Assembly: GCA_003282945.1 (NCBI GenBank)
Contig: QBYG01000002.1
Span: 30,553 to 94,552 of the forward strand
Reading direction: 5' to 3'
Source of the DNA: Pelagibacteraceae bacterium AG-325-E23
Lineage (GTDB): Bacteria; Pseudomonadota; Alphaproteobacteria; Pelagibacterales; Pelagibacteraceae
DNA: 64,000 nucleotides
Shown here: positions 19,885 through 30,228 of the stretch, piece by piece
Layout: every line of letters begins with the position of its first letter
How positions within the stretch are numbered: position 1 is the first letter of the stretch
Program-made: the position numbers and the translations under genes
Notes under the pieces: model-generated
The model's database searches: none
What the model saw: the letters and a program-made list of their open reading frames with translations, nothing else
Told to the model about the DNA's origin: nothing

Positions 19885-19887
19885 CTA

Positions 19888-20607
19888 TTATTTTGTATAA
19901 AAAATTTTTTTTAACAAAAACCCAATTATAACTAAAATTATAATTCCCAGAATTGGTAAATAAATATCAGGAGAAAAAATTAATTCTAAAATACTTGGTA
20001 CCTCAGAATTTTCCTCCAATATCTTACTCAAACCAGCACCAAGAGATGCTCCAACAAATAATTGTGGGGTCATACCAATTATTGATCCTAGAAAGAAATT
20101 TCTAACCTTAACATTAAATATTGTAGGTAAAATATTTGAAATGAAAAAAGGAAAGCCACCTACAAATCTATAGATTAGAAAAAAAACAAACTCATTCTTT
20201 TTAAACTTCTCAGTAAAATTGCTAAAACGAGATGAAAATTTTTCCTCAACCAAATCTTTTAAAAAATAGTTTGCAAAAATATAAAGAAATGTTGCACCAA
20301 TAGATAATCCAAAAACTATTAGTAAAGTTCCTAACCACTTACCAAAAATAAAACCGCCAACTAGAAATACTGGTGATCCAAAACCTAATAAGAGGACCCA
20401 GACTATGGTACCTATTAAAAAAATAATACTTGATAAAAAAATATTACTATTTTTAATATTCTCTAAAACTTCTCTATTTTCTCTTATTAATTCATAACTT
20501 GAGAAATCCTGAAAGGAAAAGTTGTTAAAAAAAATCAATAAAAAAACACATACTATCAAAATGTAGGCGGAGCCTAAAAATAGTTTAATTTTTTTTTCTC
20601 TATTCAT
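19888..20607 (-). CDS. TVP38/TMEM64 (VTT/DedA superfamily) membrane protein
   Basis: Several TM helices; GGFIFG..G, LSIGAT, YRFVGGFPF..SN, GMTP. Confidence 0.85.
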   Translation of the reverse strand: MNREKKIKLFLGSAYILIVCVFLLIFFNNFSFQDFSSYELIRENREVLENIKNSNIFLSSIIFLIGTIVWVLLLGFGSPVFLVGGFIFGKWLGTLLIVFGLSIGATFLYIFANYFLKDLVEEKFSSRFSNFTEKFKKNEFVFFLIYRFVGGFPFFISNILPTIFNVKVRNFFLGSIIGMTPQLFVGASLGAGLSKILEENSEVPSILELIFSPDIYLPILGIIILVIIGFLLKKIFYTK

Positions 20608-20689
20608 TGATTTTTAACTTATTAAAAATCACTGTACTTATATATATATATTTGTATAACTACCGAAATTTAACATTAATTTAACAACA

Positions 20690-20827
20690 ATGAAACGTAC
20701 ATATCAACCAAGTAATAGAAAAAGAAAAAAGGCTGTTGGCTTTAGAGCTAAAAAAAAGACAAAGGGTGGAAGAAAAGTATTAAAAAGAAGAAGAGCTAAA
20801 GGAAGAAAAAAATTAACGAACGCTTAA
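20690..20827 (+). CDS. rpmH: 50S ribosomal protein L34 (not in ORF track)
   Basis: [45 protein letters not shown]. Confidence 0.97.
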   Translation: MKRTYQPSNRKRKKAVGFRAKKKTKGGRKVLKRRRAKGRKKLTNA

Positions 20828-21168
20828 TGAAAAACAAGATTGTTAGCCTTTCTAAAAATGAGGATTTTAAGTCTATTCTGAGCGGAAAAAAAATTTCTAA
20901 TAAATACTTAACAATTTTCTTTAAAAAACTTTCTGATAAAAATAATAATAGGTTAAATATTAGTTTTGTAGCCAAAAAGAAAATTGGAAATGCAGTAACA
21001 AGAAACAGAATTAAAAGAAGACTAAGAAATATTATGAACGAAGCTGTAAAATCAATTAACATTAATCTTAATTACTGTTACTTATTGATTGCAAGGATAT
21101 CTGTTAGCAAAGATCCTTATGAAACAATAAAAAACGCAACACTAGAAGACTTTAAAAAAATTAAATGA
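20827..21168 (+). CDS. rnpA: Ribonuclease P protein component
   Basis: KKIGNAVTRNRIKRRLR. Confidence 0.96.
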   Translation: MKNKIVSLSKNEDFKSILSGKKISNKYLTIFFKKLSDKNNNRLNISFVAKKKIGNAVTRNRIKRRLRNIMNEAVKSININLNYCYLLIARISVSKDPYETIKNATLEDFKKIK

Positions 21169-21407
21169 CCAATTTTATTAAATTTTTAATGATCAAGATT
21201 ATAAGGTTTTATCAAATACTTATATCTCCGTATCTAGGTAATAATTGCAGATATCTTCCAACATGTTCTGATTATTTTATTGAAAACATAAAAGAGAATG
21301 GAATTTTAAAAGGAAGTATTAATGGATTTAAAAGAATACTAAGTTGTCATCCTATAAAAATTTTGGGCGGCGGAGAAGGATTTGATCCAGTTAAAAAGAA
21401 AAAGTAA
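21165..21407 (+). CDS. yidD: Membrane protein insertion efficiency factor
   Basis: YQILISP...CRYLPTCSDY, RILSCHP...GFDPV. Confidence 0.95.
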   Translation: MTNFIKFLMIKIIRFYQILISPYLGNNCRYLPTCSDYFIENIKENGILKGSINGFKRILSCHPIKILGGGEGFDPVKKKK

Positions 21408-21410
21408 TTT

Positions 21411-23093
21411 ATGGATACGAAAAATGTAATTGCCGCAATTTCTCTGAGTGCAGCCGTAATAATACTCTATAGTCTATTTTTTGCTCCAGCAGTAGTAGAC
21501 CAAAAAGATATTTCTAATGACAAAAATATTACCAATGAAAATTCTTCAACGGATGCACCATCATTAGTTCAGGACGAGGAAACAATTAAAATATCTAGAA
21601 ATGAGGCTTTAAAAGAAAATGAAAGAGTTCTTTTTGAAAATGATAAAATTAGAGGCTCAATTTCATTAATTGGATCTTCAATAGACGACTTAACTTTTAA
21701 GAATTATACAAATACTTTAAATGGAAATGATAATGTAATCTTATTAAATCCTAAACAGTCTGATAATGGATATTATGTAGAGACTGGATGGGCAACTACC
21801 AACAAAAATATTGATTTACCAAACTCAAAATCTCTTTGGAGCATTGAAGGAAGTAACAAACTCACACCTAGTTCGCCAGTGATATTAAGTTGGACTAACA
21901 ATCAAAATATTAAATTCTTAAAAGAAATAAGCATAGACAAACAATATCTTTTTAACATCAAACAAACGATAATTAATAGTTCGGATAAAACTTATAACTT
22001 TTATCCATATGGACAAATTATTAGGAATGTAGCACCTGATGTAACTAATTTTTATATTTTGCACGAGGGTTTAATTGGAGTTTTTGATGATCAATTAGTT
22101 GAAGAGGATTATGATGATATTGAAGAAAAAAAATATTCTAAAAATGCACAATCTGGATGGCTAGGTATCACTGATAAGTATTGGCTTACTAGTCTTATAC
22201 CTGAAAAAGATAAAAGTTTTAGATCTGATTTTGATTACAAAAATAAGTTCAGAGCAAATTTTATTGAGACGAATGCAACAGAAGTTGGCACAAACGAGAC
22301 AAAAAGTAACTCAATCAGAGTAATAATTGCAGCAAAAGAAGTAAACGTTATTGATGGATATGCTGAGAGTGAAAATATCAATAAGTTTGATTTAGCAATT
22401 GATTGGGGATGGTTTTACTTCATTGTCAAACCTTTATTCTTTGCAATTCAATATTTCTTTAATCTAGCTGGCAATTTTGGAATAGCAATTATAATGATAA
22501 CTGCTTGTATAAGATTAGCATTTTTTCCACTTGCAAATTACTCATTTAGGTCCATGGCTAAAATGAAAGTTCTTCAGCCAGAAATGACAAGACTAAAAGA
22601 GTTGCATAAAGAGGATAAAATGAAACTCCAACAAGAAATGATGGCATTATACAAAAGAGAAAAAGTTAATCCAATAAGCGGGTGTCTTCCAATTTTTATA
22701 CAGATACCTTTTTTCTTTGCAATTTATAAAGTTTTGTTTGTAACAATTGAGATGAGACATCAACCATTTTTTGGTTGGATAAAAGATTTAAGTGAAAGAG
22801 ATCCTACATCCATATTTAATTTATTTGGACTAATTCCATGGGATCCTCCATCTTTTTTACTGATAGGTGTATGGCCATGCTTAATGGGTGTTTCAATGTG
22901 GATGCAGCAAAAACTAAATCCAACACCTCCTGATCCTGTTCAAGCAAAAATATTTATGTTCTTTCCGTTATTTTTGACTGTAATACTAGCTCCTTTCCCA
23001 GCAGGACTAGTTATTTACTGGACTATAAATAACATATTAACAATGGCGCAACAGTACATAATTATCAAAAGAACGACTGTCAAAACTGTTTAG
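21411..23093 (+). CDS. yidC: Membrane protein insertase YidC
   Basis: IDWGWF, NPISGCLP..IQIP.FFA.Y, GLVIYW..NN. Confidence 0.97.
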   Translation: MDTKNVIAAISLSAAVIILYSLFFAPAVVDQKDISNDKNITNENSSTDAPSLVQDEETIKISRNEALKENERVLFENDKIRGSISLIGSSIDDLTFKNYTNTLNGNDNVILLNPKQSDNGYYVETGWATTNKNIDLPNSKSLWSIEGSNKLTPSSPVILSWTNNQNIKFLKEISIDKQYLFNIKQTIINSSDKTYNFYPYGQIIRNVAPDVTNFYILHEGLIGVFDDQLVEEDYDDIEEKKYSKNAQSGWLGITDKYWLTSLIPEKDKSFRSDFDYKNKFRANFIETNATEVGTNETKSNSIRVIIAAKEVNVIDGYAESENINKFDLAIDWGWFYFIVKPLFFAIQYFFNLAGNFGIAIIMITACIRLAFFPLANYSFRSMAKMKVLQPEMTRLKELHKEDKMKLQQEMMALYKREKVNPISGCLPIFIQIPFFFAIYKVLFVTIEMRHQPFFGWIKDLSERDPTSIFNLFGLIPWDPPSFLLIGVWPCLMGVSMWMQQKLNPTPPDPVQAKIFMFFPLFLTVILAPFPAGLVIYWTINNILTMAQQYIIIKRTTVKTV

Positions 23094-23098
23094 TAGAA

Positions 23099-23947
23099 AT
23101 GGAAATAGAAAAAATAGTACCAAAAGATGGTCCTTCCATCGAAGAGGTTAATAAATATATTGATAAATATAAAAATGAATTAATAGTTATCAAATATGGA
23201 GGAAACGTCTTTATTGATAGAAATATTTTTAACAATTTTATTTCAGATATAAGTATTTTAAATAAGTTAGGATTATCAATAATAATAGTCCATGGAGGTG
23301 GCCCTAGAATTAAAAGAGAGTTAGAAAAATCAAATATTCAATCAAAATTTATAAGAGGTTTAAGGGTTACGGATGAAAAAATTATAAATATAGTTGAGGA
23401 TGTCCTTATTGAATTTAACGAGGACATTGTTAATTCTTTAATTGAAAAAGGTTCAAATGCAGTCTCATTAAACACAAAAAAAAATAATGTTATTGAAATT
23501 ATTCCAGAAGCAGAGGAGCTTGGTTTTGTTGGAAGACCAAATAAAATAAATACAAATATTATAAAGGATATAATTAAGGTAAATTCAGTTCCAATTATAT
23601 CACCTTTGGGATTGGGTAAAAATAATCAGACATTTAATATTAATGGAGATACAGCAGCTGGCGCAATAGCTAAATCTTTGAAATGTAGAAGATTATTATT
23701 AATGACCAATGTTGAGGGTGTACTTGATAAAGAAAAAAAGCTCATTGAGGAAATTACGTCATCTGAAATTTTAGAGATGATAAATAATGAAATTATAACA
23801 GAAGGCATGATTCCTAAAATTAACACCTGCTTAGATGCAGTGATGAATGGAGTTACCGGTGTTGGAATTATTGATGGAAGAAAAAAACATTCAATTCTTT
23901 TTGAATTATTCTCAGATAAAGGTGCTGGTACATTAATAAGAAAATGA
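23099..23947 (+). CDS. argB: Acetylglutamate kinase
   Basis: VIKYGG, VHGGGP, GLRVTD, NINGD, GMIPK. Confidence 0.96.
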   Translation: MEIEKIVPKDGPSIEEVNKYIDKYKNELIVIKYGGNVFIDRNIFNNFISDISILNKLGLSIIIVHGGGPRIKRELEKSNIQSKFIRGLRVTDEKIINIVEDVLIEFNEDIVNSLIEKGSNAVSLNTKKNNVIEIIPEAEELGFVGRPNKINTNIIKDIIKVNSVPIISPLGLGKNNQTFNINGDTAAGAIAKSLKCRRLLLMTNVEGVLDKEKKLIEEITSSEILEMINNEIITEGMIPKINTCLDAVMNGVTGVGIIDGRKKHSILFELFSDKGAGTLIRK

Positions 23948-24606
23948 AAAATATAAAAAATATTTTATTTGATTGTGATGGTGTTCTTTATCAAGATTTA
24001 GAATCTGTATTTGGTCAAGTAAGTAAAAGAATGACACAATACATTTCTGAAAAATTAAAAATTAACTTAGTTGAAGCTAAAAAATTACAAACCGAATACT
24101 TTTATAAATATAATACAAGTCTAAATGGATTAATGATACATCATGATATTCCTCCTAAAGAGTTTTTAAATTTTGTTCATGATATTGACCTATCTTTTAT
24201 GGAAAAGGATATTGTTTTGAGAGGTGAAATAGAAAAGTTGGATTTAAGAAAATTCGTTTTTACCAATGGTTCTAGTGAGCATGTTAATAATATAACTACA
24301 CATTTGGGTATTGATGATCTCTTTGAGGATGTATTTGATATAGTTGATGCGGAATACAGCCCAAAACCTGCAGCAAAGGCATTCGATCTGATGGTAAAAA
24401 AATTTGATATTGACCCAATAGAAACAATTTATATTGAAGATATTGCAAAAAACTTGTCAATTGGTAAAGAAAGAGGAGCTACGACAGTCTGGCTAATCAA
24501 TAATGAATATTGGGGTAAAAAAGAATCTGATAAAGACTATATTGACTATAAAATAGAAAATCTCTCTTTATTTTTAAAAGAAATAAGGTTATTAAAAAAC
24601 TCATAA
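23944..24606 (+). CDS. HAD-family pyrimidine 5'-nucleotidase
   Basis: FDCDGVLY, FTNGS, PKP, IEDIAKNL; argB-HAD-dapD synteny. Confidence 0.88.
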   Translation: MKNIKNILFDCDGVLYQDLESVFGQVSKRMTQYISEKLKINLVEAKKLQTEYFYKYNTSLNGLMIHHDIPPKEFLNFVHDIDLSFMEKDIVLRGEIEKLDLRKFVFTNGSSEHVNNITTHLGIDDLFEDVFDIVDAEYSPKPAAKAFDLMVKKFDIDPIETIYIEDIAKNLSIGKERGATTVWLINNEYWGKKESDKDYIDYKIENLSLFLKEIRLLKNS

Positions 24607-24609
24607 ATT

Positions 24610-25437
24610 ATGAGTATAGAAAATGTAATAAATGAAGCTTGGGAAAAAAGGGATCAAATAAATCCTACTTCAGATCAGTCTTTAAAAGATACCATAAATC
24701 AAGTTATTGATGATTTAGATAGTGGAAAGTCACGGGTTGCTGAAAAAATAAATGGTGAATGGATAACTCATCAACATTTAAAAAAAGCAATCATGTTAAG
24801 TTTTAGATTATATCCAATGGAGAATTTGAATGGTCCATATAGTAGTTGGTATGATAAAGCTCATTTACTAAAGGGTAAGACTGCAGGATGGACAAAAGAA
24901 GATCATGAGAAAGCAGGTTTTAGAATGGTGCCTAACTCACCGGTAAGAAAAGGAAGTTTTGTTGGTAAGAATGCAGTTTTAATGCCATGCTACGTTAACA
25001 TTGGAGCATACATAGATGAAGGAACAATGATTGATACATTTGCAAGAGCAGGAAGCTGTAGCCAAATTGGAAAAAATTGCCATATCTCAGCAGGTTCAGG
25101 TGTAGGTGGAGTATTAGAACCTGCACAAGCTCTGCCAACTATTATCGAGGATAATGTATTTTTAGGTGCAATGTCTGAAGTTGTAGAAGGTGTTATTGTA
25201 GGAGAAGGATCCGTACTGAGTATGGGCATGTACATAGGACAATCTACAAAAATTGTTAATAGAAAAACTGGAGAAATTACTTATGGAAAAATTCCTCCTT
25301 ATTCAGTTGTAGTACCAGGTTCACTTCCTGATAAAAATAACCCAACTGCGCCTTCTCTATATTGCGCTGTAATAATTAAACAAGTAGATGAGAAGACAAG
25401 ATCTAAAACTTCTATTAACGATCTCTTGAGAGAATAG
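24610..25437 (+). CDS. dapD: Tetrahydrodipicolinate N-succinyltransferase
   Basis: [42 protein letters not shown]. Confidence 0.97.
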   Translation: MSIENVINEAWEKRDQINPTSDQSLKDTINQVIDDLDSGKSRVAEKINGEWITHQHLKKAIMLSFRLYPMENLNGPYSSWYDKAHLLKGKTAGWTKEDHEKAGFRMVPNSPVRKGSFVGKNAVLMPCYVNIGAYIDEGTMIDTFARAGSCSQIGKNCHISAGSGVGGVLEPAQALPTIIEDNVFLGAMSEVVEGVIVGEGSVLSMGMYIGQSTKIVNRKTGEITYGKIPPYSVVVPGSLPDKNNPTAPSLYCAVIIKQVDEKTRSKTSINDLLRE

Positions 25438-25442
25438 TTTCG

Positions 25443-26600
25443 ATGAAAATTATAAATGAACTTCAATTAGCTAAAGAGCTAATTAAATTTCCAACTGTAA
25501 CTCCTATAGATGCTGGAATAATGAAATTTTTGGAAAAAAAATTAAGAAAACTTGGATTTAAAACTACAATTTTAGAGTTCAAAGAAAAAGGAAATGCTCC
25601 AGTTAAAAATCTATATGCAAGATTAGGGAACAAAAGTCCTAATTTTTGTTATGCTGGACATCTTGATGTTGTTCCTGCTGGAAATTTAAGAGATTGGACA
25701 GTAAACCCATTTAAACCATCAATTAAAAAAGGACATTTAATTGGAAGAGGTGCAAATGACATGAAAAGCTCAATAGCTGCATTTGTATCTGCTATAAGCG
25801 TTTTTGTTGAGAAAAATAGAGGATTTAATGGATCGATAAGTCTTTTAATCACTGGAGATGAGGAAGGTGTTGCCATCAATGGAACCAAAAAAGTTGTAGA
25901 CTATTTAAAAAAGAAACGAGAGAAAATAGATTTTTGCTTAGTTGGAGAGCCAACAAATCCTAATAAATTAGGTGAAATGATTAAAATTGGTCGAAGAGGA
26001 AGTATGAACGGTCGATTAACAATTACAGGAGTTCAAGGGCATGTAGCATATCCTCATAGAGCAAATAACCCTTCAACTGCTCTAGTGAGAATACTTAAAG
26101 AACTAAAAGATTTACGATTTGACAAAGGTACGAAGGATTTTCAACCCACAAATCTTGAAATTACAAAAATTAATATAAATAATACCGCAGACAATGTAAT
26201 CCCAAGTCTTGCATATGCTTCATTTAATATAAGATTTAATAATATGCATACTTCAAATTCCATTAAAAAAAAAATCAATAAAATTTTTAAAAAAATATGT
26301 AATAAAACTAAATCTAAATATAAGATTGATTATAGTGTTTCAGGTGAAGCTTTTCTTACAAAGCCTAATAGTACAACATTTATGATACAAAATGTTATTA
26401 AAAAAGTTACTAAAATAAAACCTAAACTTTCAACTACTGGAGGCACATCAGATGCAAGGTTCATTAGGAAAATAGCTCCTTGTTTAGAATTTGGCTTAGT
26501 AGGAAAAACTATGCATAAAGTTGATGAGGCTGTCTCACTAACCGATTTAAAAAAATTGAGTTTAATATACTCAAAAATTTTAAAAAATTATTTTAAGTGA
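25443..26600 (+). CDS. dapE: Succinyl-diaminopimelate desuccinylase
   Basis: GHLDVVP, GRGANDMK, GDEEG, GEPT, GRRGS, QGHVAYPH, GGTSDARF. Confidence 0.97.
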   Translation: MKIINELQLAKELIKFPTVTPIDAGIMKFLEKKLRKLGFKTTILEFKEKGNAPVKNLYARLGNKSPNFCYAGHLDVVPAGNLRDWTVNPFKPSIKKGHLIGRGANDMKSSIAAFVSAISVFVEKNRGFNGSISLLITGDEEGVAINGTKKVVDYLKKKREKIDFCLVGEPTNPNKLGEMIKIGRRGSMNGRLTITGVQGHVAYPHRANNPSTALVRILKELKDLRFDKGTKDFQPTNLEITKININNTADNVIPSLAYASFNIRFNNMHTSNSIKKKINKIFKKICNKTKSKYKIDYSVSGEAFLTKPNSTTFMIQNVIKKVTKIKPKLSTTGGTSDARFIRKIAPCLEFGLVGKTMHKVDEAVSLTDLKKLSLIYSKILKNYFK

Positions 26601-27526
26601 AGACTGGTCTAATCACTTCAGATACTTATAAAAATCATAATACTGGAAACGGTCATCCAGAAAAAATTGATAGAGTTACCGCAATAATTGATAACTTTAA
26701 AAAAGTAGATAACAAAAATCTTGTATGGAAAAAACCAAATAAATTTGATGAATTTTTTTTAAATAAAACCCATTCAATAGATTATATAAATCATGTTAAA
26801 AAGTCTTTTCCAAAAAAAGGTTTAGTATTTTTAGATGGTGATACAATTGTCTCCCCTGGTAGTAAAGATGCTACTAAAGATGCAGTAGGTTCAATTATTA
26901 CAGCAATAGATGGGGTACAAAATAAAGAATTTAAGAATGCTTTTTGTGCTGTAAGACCTCCAGGTCATCATGCAGAAAAAGATAAAGCTATGGGATTTTG
27001 TATTTATAATAATGTAGCTGTTGGTGCTAATTATCTAATTGAAAAGTATAAATATAAAAAAATTGCGATAATTGATTTTGATGTTCACCATGGCAATGGA
27101 ACTCAAGATATTTTTTATGATAATGAAAAGGTATTATATATATCTACTCACCAATACCCTTATTACCCCGGTTCAGGTTCAAACGCGGAGAATGGAAAAT
27201 TTAATAACGTTTTGAATATTCCACTAGAAGCTGGAACAACATCCGAGGTATATTTAAATGCATATGAACATGTTTTAACTAAAATAAAACAGTTCAAACC
27301 TGAATTTTTGTTATTTTCGGCGGGTTTTGATGCACACACTGATGATCCGTTAGCACAAATGAGATTATGCACTGAGGATTTTTATAAAATTACCAAAAGG
27401 ACTTTGGAATATTCTAAATCTTTTTGTAATGGTAGGGTCGTTTCAATTCTTGAAGGTGGTTATGATCTTAAAGCCTTACAAAATAGTACTCAAAGGCATG
27501 TTGATGCGTTGTTAGAATTTAATTGA
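26597..27526 (+). CDS. Zn-dependent histone-deacetylase-family amidohydrolase
   Basis: HPE..R, RPPGHHA, GFC, DFDVHHGNGTQ, SAGFDAH..D, LEGGY. Confidence 0.93.
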   Translation: MKTGLITSDTYKNHNTGNGHPEKIDRVTAIIDNFKKVDNKNLVWKKPNKFDEFFLNKTHSIDYINHVKKSFPKKGLVFLDGDTIVSPGSKDATKDAVGSIITAIDGVQNKEFKNAFCAVRPPGHHAEKDKAMGFCIYNNVAVGANYLIEKYKYKKIAIIDFDVHHGNGTQDIFYDNEKVLYISTHQYPYYPGSGSNAENGKFNNVLNIPLEAGTTSEVYLNAYEHVLTKIKQFKPEFLLFSAGFDAHTDDPLAQMRLCTEDFYKITKRTLEYSKSFCNGRVVSILEGGYDLKALQNSTQRHVDALLEFN

Positions 27527-27557
27527 TAATACTTTTTTAAGCACTAAACACAAATAT

Positions 27558-28031
27558 ATGAAACTATATAAGATTAAAAAGTCTGACATTGATAAAAAAG
27601 GTAAAGGACTTTACGCAACAAGAAATATAAAAGAAGGTGAAAAAATAATAGATTACATTGGTAAATTAATTACCAAAAAACAAACTGAGAATTCTGACAA
27701 ATACGATAACAGTAAGCCAATATATTTATTTACAGTAAATAAAAGATATGATCTCGATGGGGATTTCCCATGGAATACAGCTGGTCTAATAAATCACTCA
27801 TGTGAAAATAATTGTGACTACGATGGTAAGGGGCTTAAAATTTGGGTTAAGGCTATAAAAGATATTAAAAAAGGTGAGGAATTAACTTGTGACTATGGAT
27901 TTGGTTATGACAAAGATTACAAACAATTTCCTTGTGAATGTAAGTCAAAAAATTGTTGTGGCTATATTGTAAGAGCAGAATCAAGGTGGAGAATTAATAA
28001 AAAATTCTCAATGGGTAATAGGAAAAATTAG
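27558..28031 (+). CDS. SET-domain protein-lysine methyltransferase with post-SET Zn cluster
   Basis: G.GLYA, INHSC, GEELTCDY, CECKSKNC.G. Confidence 0.92.
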   Translation: MKLYKIKKSDIDKKGKGLYATRNIKEGEKIIDYIGKLITKKQTENSDKYDNSKPIYLFTVNKRYDLDGDFPWNTAGLINHSCENNCDYDGKGLKIWVKAIKDIKKGEELTCDYGFGYDKDYKQFPCECKSKNCCGYIVRAESRWRINKKFSMGNRKN

Positions 28032-28768
28032 TATAAAACTTTTTTTAAAAATAATCCTTCTGCTGGTGCTGGCGGTGCGCATAAATTTCTATTTTTTGAT
28101 TTAAATGCGCTTGTAAATTTTTTTATTGTCCACTTTTTTTCACCAATATATTTTAAACAACCAACCATTGATCTAACTTGTTGTTTTAAAAATGATTGAG
28201 ATCTAAACTCTAATTCAATTTTGTTTTTTGTCTTTTTAATTTTAACTAATTTAATTGATCTTATTGGACTCTTTGCATTACATCCAGATGCCCTAAATGT
28301 TGAAAAATCATGAGTTCCAATTAACTTTTTAGCTGCTTTTTTCATTATCTCTAATTCGAGGTTTTTAATAACAAACCATCCTCGCTTATTTTGAAGGATC
28401 GGTTTACTTAATTGATTGAAAATAACATATTTATAAACTCTCTCTTTTGCAGAAAAACGTGCATGAAATTTCATATTTTTTCTTTTTATTTTTAAAATGG
28501 CTATTTCGTATTTATTTAAAAAATAATTAATTGATTTTAAAAATTTATTTAAATTTTGTATTTTTTCAGTGACATCAAAATGTGCAGATTGCTCAATTGC
28601 ATGAACACCAGTATCTGTTCTTCCTGAACCAATAAGTGTAATTTTTTCATTTAAAAGATATGAAATTTTTTTTTGAATTAATCCTTGTATAGTTTTGCCT
28701 TTTGTTTGTACCTGCCAACCTATGAAAGAAGATCCAACATATTCAATTAGAATTTGATATCTGAACAT
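28028..28768 (-). CDS. truA: tRNA pseudouridine(38-40) synthase
   Basis: GSGRTDTGVHA, FHARFSA, GTHDFSTFR, APAEGLFL. Confidence 0.96.
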   Translation of the reverse strand: MFRYQILIEYVGSSFIGWQVQTKGKTIQGLIQKKISYLLNEKITLIGSGRTDTGVHAIEQSAHFDVTEKIQNLNKFLKSINYFLNKYEIAILKIKRKNMKFHARFSAKERVYKYVIFNQLSKPILQNKRGWFVIKNLELEIMKKAAKKLIGTHDFSTFRASGCNAKSPIRSIKLVKIKKTKNKIELEFRSQSFLKQQVRSMVGCLKYIGEKKWTIKKFTSAFKSKNRNLCAPPAPAEGLFLKKVLY

Positions 28769-28770
28769 GT

Positions 28771-29691
28771 TTAATTCAAATCAGTGCCTTTAGTAATTTG
28801 GCTACCACGCAGAAATTCCTTGGTTTTTTGAACTGTTTTACCTTGTCTTTGTATCTCAATGATCTTTATTGAATTTTCACCACAACCAATTTCAAAGTTA
28901 TCTGATAAGACATATCCTGATTTTCCACTTAAAATTGATTTTTCTGCTTTTAGTATCTTGTATCTTTCTCCTTTAAATTCAAACCAACCTCCTGGATTAG
29001 GATATAGACCATTAATTTTTCCTATTATTTTTAAATTACTGTCCTCCCAATTTATTTTTCCTTCTTCTTTTTTAATTTTTTTTGCATATGTAGACTTACT
29101 ATGATCTTGTTCTTTAAAATGTGCTTTGTTATCAAATATATCATCAATATTTTGTAGTATTTTTTCAGATGCTAAATTACTTAATCTTTGAGATAAATCC
29201 TCACTATTTTCATTTTCTAAAATATTTATTGAATATTGATTACAGACGGGACCAGAGTCTAAACCTTCATTAATTTTCATTATAGAAATACCTGTTGATG
29301 TTTCATTTTCCATAATTGCTCTTTGAATGGGAGCTGCGCCTCGTAATTTTGGTAAAAGTGAATAATGAATATTTATCCATCCATATTTTGGAATTTCTAA
29401 AATATCTTTTTTAAGAATCTGCCCGTAAGCAACAACGATACCTAAACTTATATTTTGTTTATGAAGAAAGTTTTTTTCTACAGTATTATCTAATACAATT
29501 GGGGTTCTAACAGGAATATTTAATATTTCAGCCATTATATGAACAGGTGACTTGTTTAATCTGTGCCCTCTATTTGATGGTACAGGTGGTTGAGTATAAA
29601 CAACCTCAATATCAAAACCATTTTGATACAATGATTTGAGTATTTGCCCAGAAATGGTGGGAGTACCCATGAAAGCAATCTTTTTGCTCAT
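28771..29691 (-). CDS. fmt: Methionyl-tRNA formyltransferase
   Basis: FMGTP, VVAYGQIL, NIHYSLLP..RGAAPIQ, GLDSGP. Confidence 0.96.
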   Translation of the reverse strand: MSKKIAFMGTPTISGQILKSLYQNGFDIEVVYTQPPVPSNRGHRLNKSPVHIMAEILNIPVRTPIVLDNTVEKNFLHKQNISLGIVVAYGQILKKDILEIPKYGWINIHYSLLPKLRGAAPIQRAIMENETSTGISIMKINEGLDSGPVCNQYSINILENENSEDLSQRLSNLASEKILQNIDDIFDNKAHFKEQDHSKSTYAKKIKKEEGKINWEDSNLKIIGKINGLYPNPGGWFEFKGERYKILKAEKSILSGKSGYVLSDNFEIGCGENSIKIIEIQRQGKTVQKTKEFLRGSQITKGTDLN

Positions 29692-30212
29692 TAAACAATA
29701 ATTCTATCAGGAGGATTTTTTCTTTTTGATAATTTTTTAACAATCATTGTTTTTTTCAATTTTGATAAGTAGTCTATAAATAAAATTCCTTCAAGATGAT
29801 CCATTTCGTGCTGTATGCAAGTTGCAAGGAGCCCATCAGCTTTTAAAATTTTATTTTCTCCATTATAATTTAAATATTCAACCTCACAATATTTAGGTCT
29901 ATCCACTTCTGCGAAATAATCTGGGACGGATAAACACCCCTCCTCATAAGTTGTTTTATCTTTATCTTTGTTTTTAATTATTGGATTTACAAAATACATT
30001 GGATTTTTCTCCCCATTTTTTGAAATATCCATCACTATAATCCTTTTAGGGATACCAATTTGAATTGCTGCTAATCCAATACCATTAGCTGCATACATTG
30101 TTTCCAACATATCATCCATTAACTTTCTTTCTTCTTTACCCACAGATAACACTGGTTTTGAGACTTGTCTTAAAATCTGATTAGGCTCTGTTATAATAGT
30201 TTTTATTGTCAT
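29691..30212 (-). CDS. def: Peptide deformylase
   Basis: GIGLAAIQIG, EGCLSVP, QHEMDHLEG. Confidence 0.98.
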   Translation of the reverse strand: MTIKTIITEPNQILRQVSKPVLSVGKEERKLMDDMLETMYAANGIGLAAIQIGIPKRIIVMDISKNGEKNPMYFVNPIIKNKDKDKTTYEEGCLSVPDYFAEVDRPKYCEVEYLNYNGENKILKADGLLATCIQHEMDHLEGILFIDYLSKLKKTMIVKKLSKRKNPPDRIIV

Positions 30213-30228
30213 GATTGATCTAAGTATT

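Noticed and set aside
20670-20685. TTAA-N7-TTAAC CtrA-like box upstream of rpmH
   Set aside because: Expected by chance in such AT-rich DNA, and CtrA is not known from Pelagibacter
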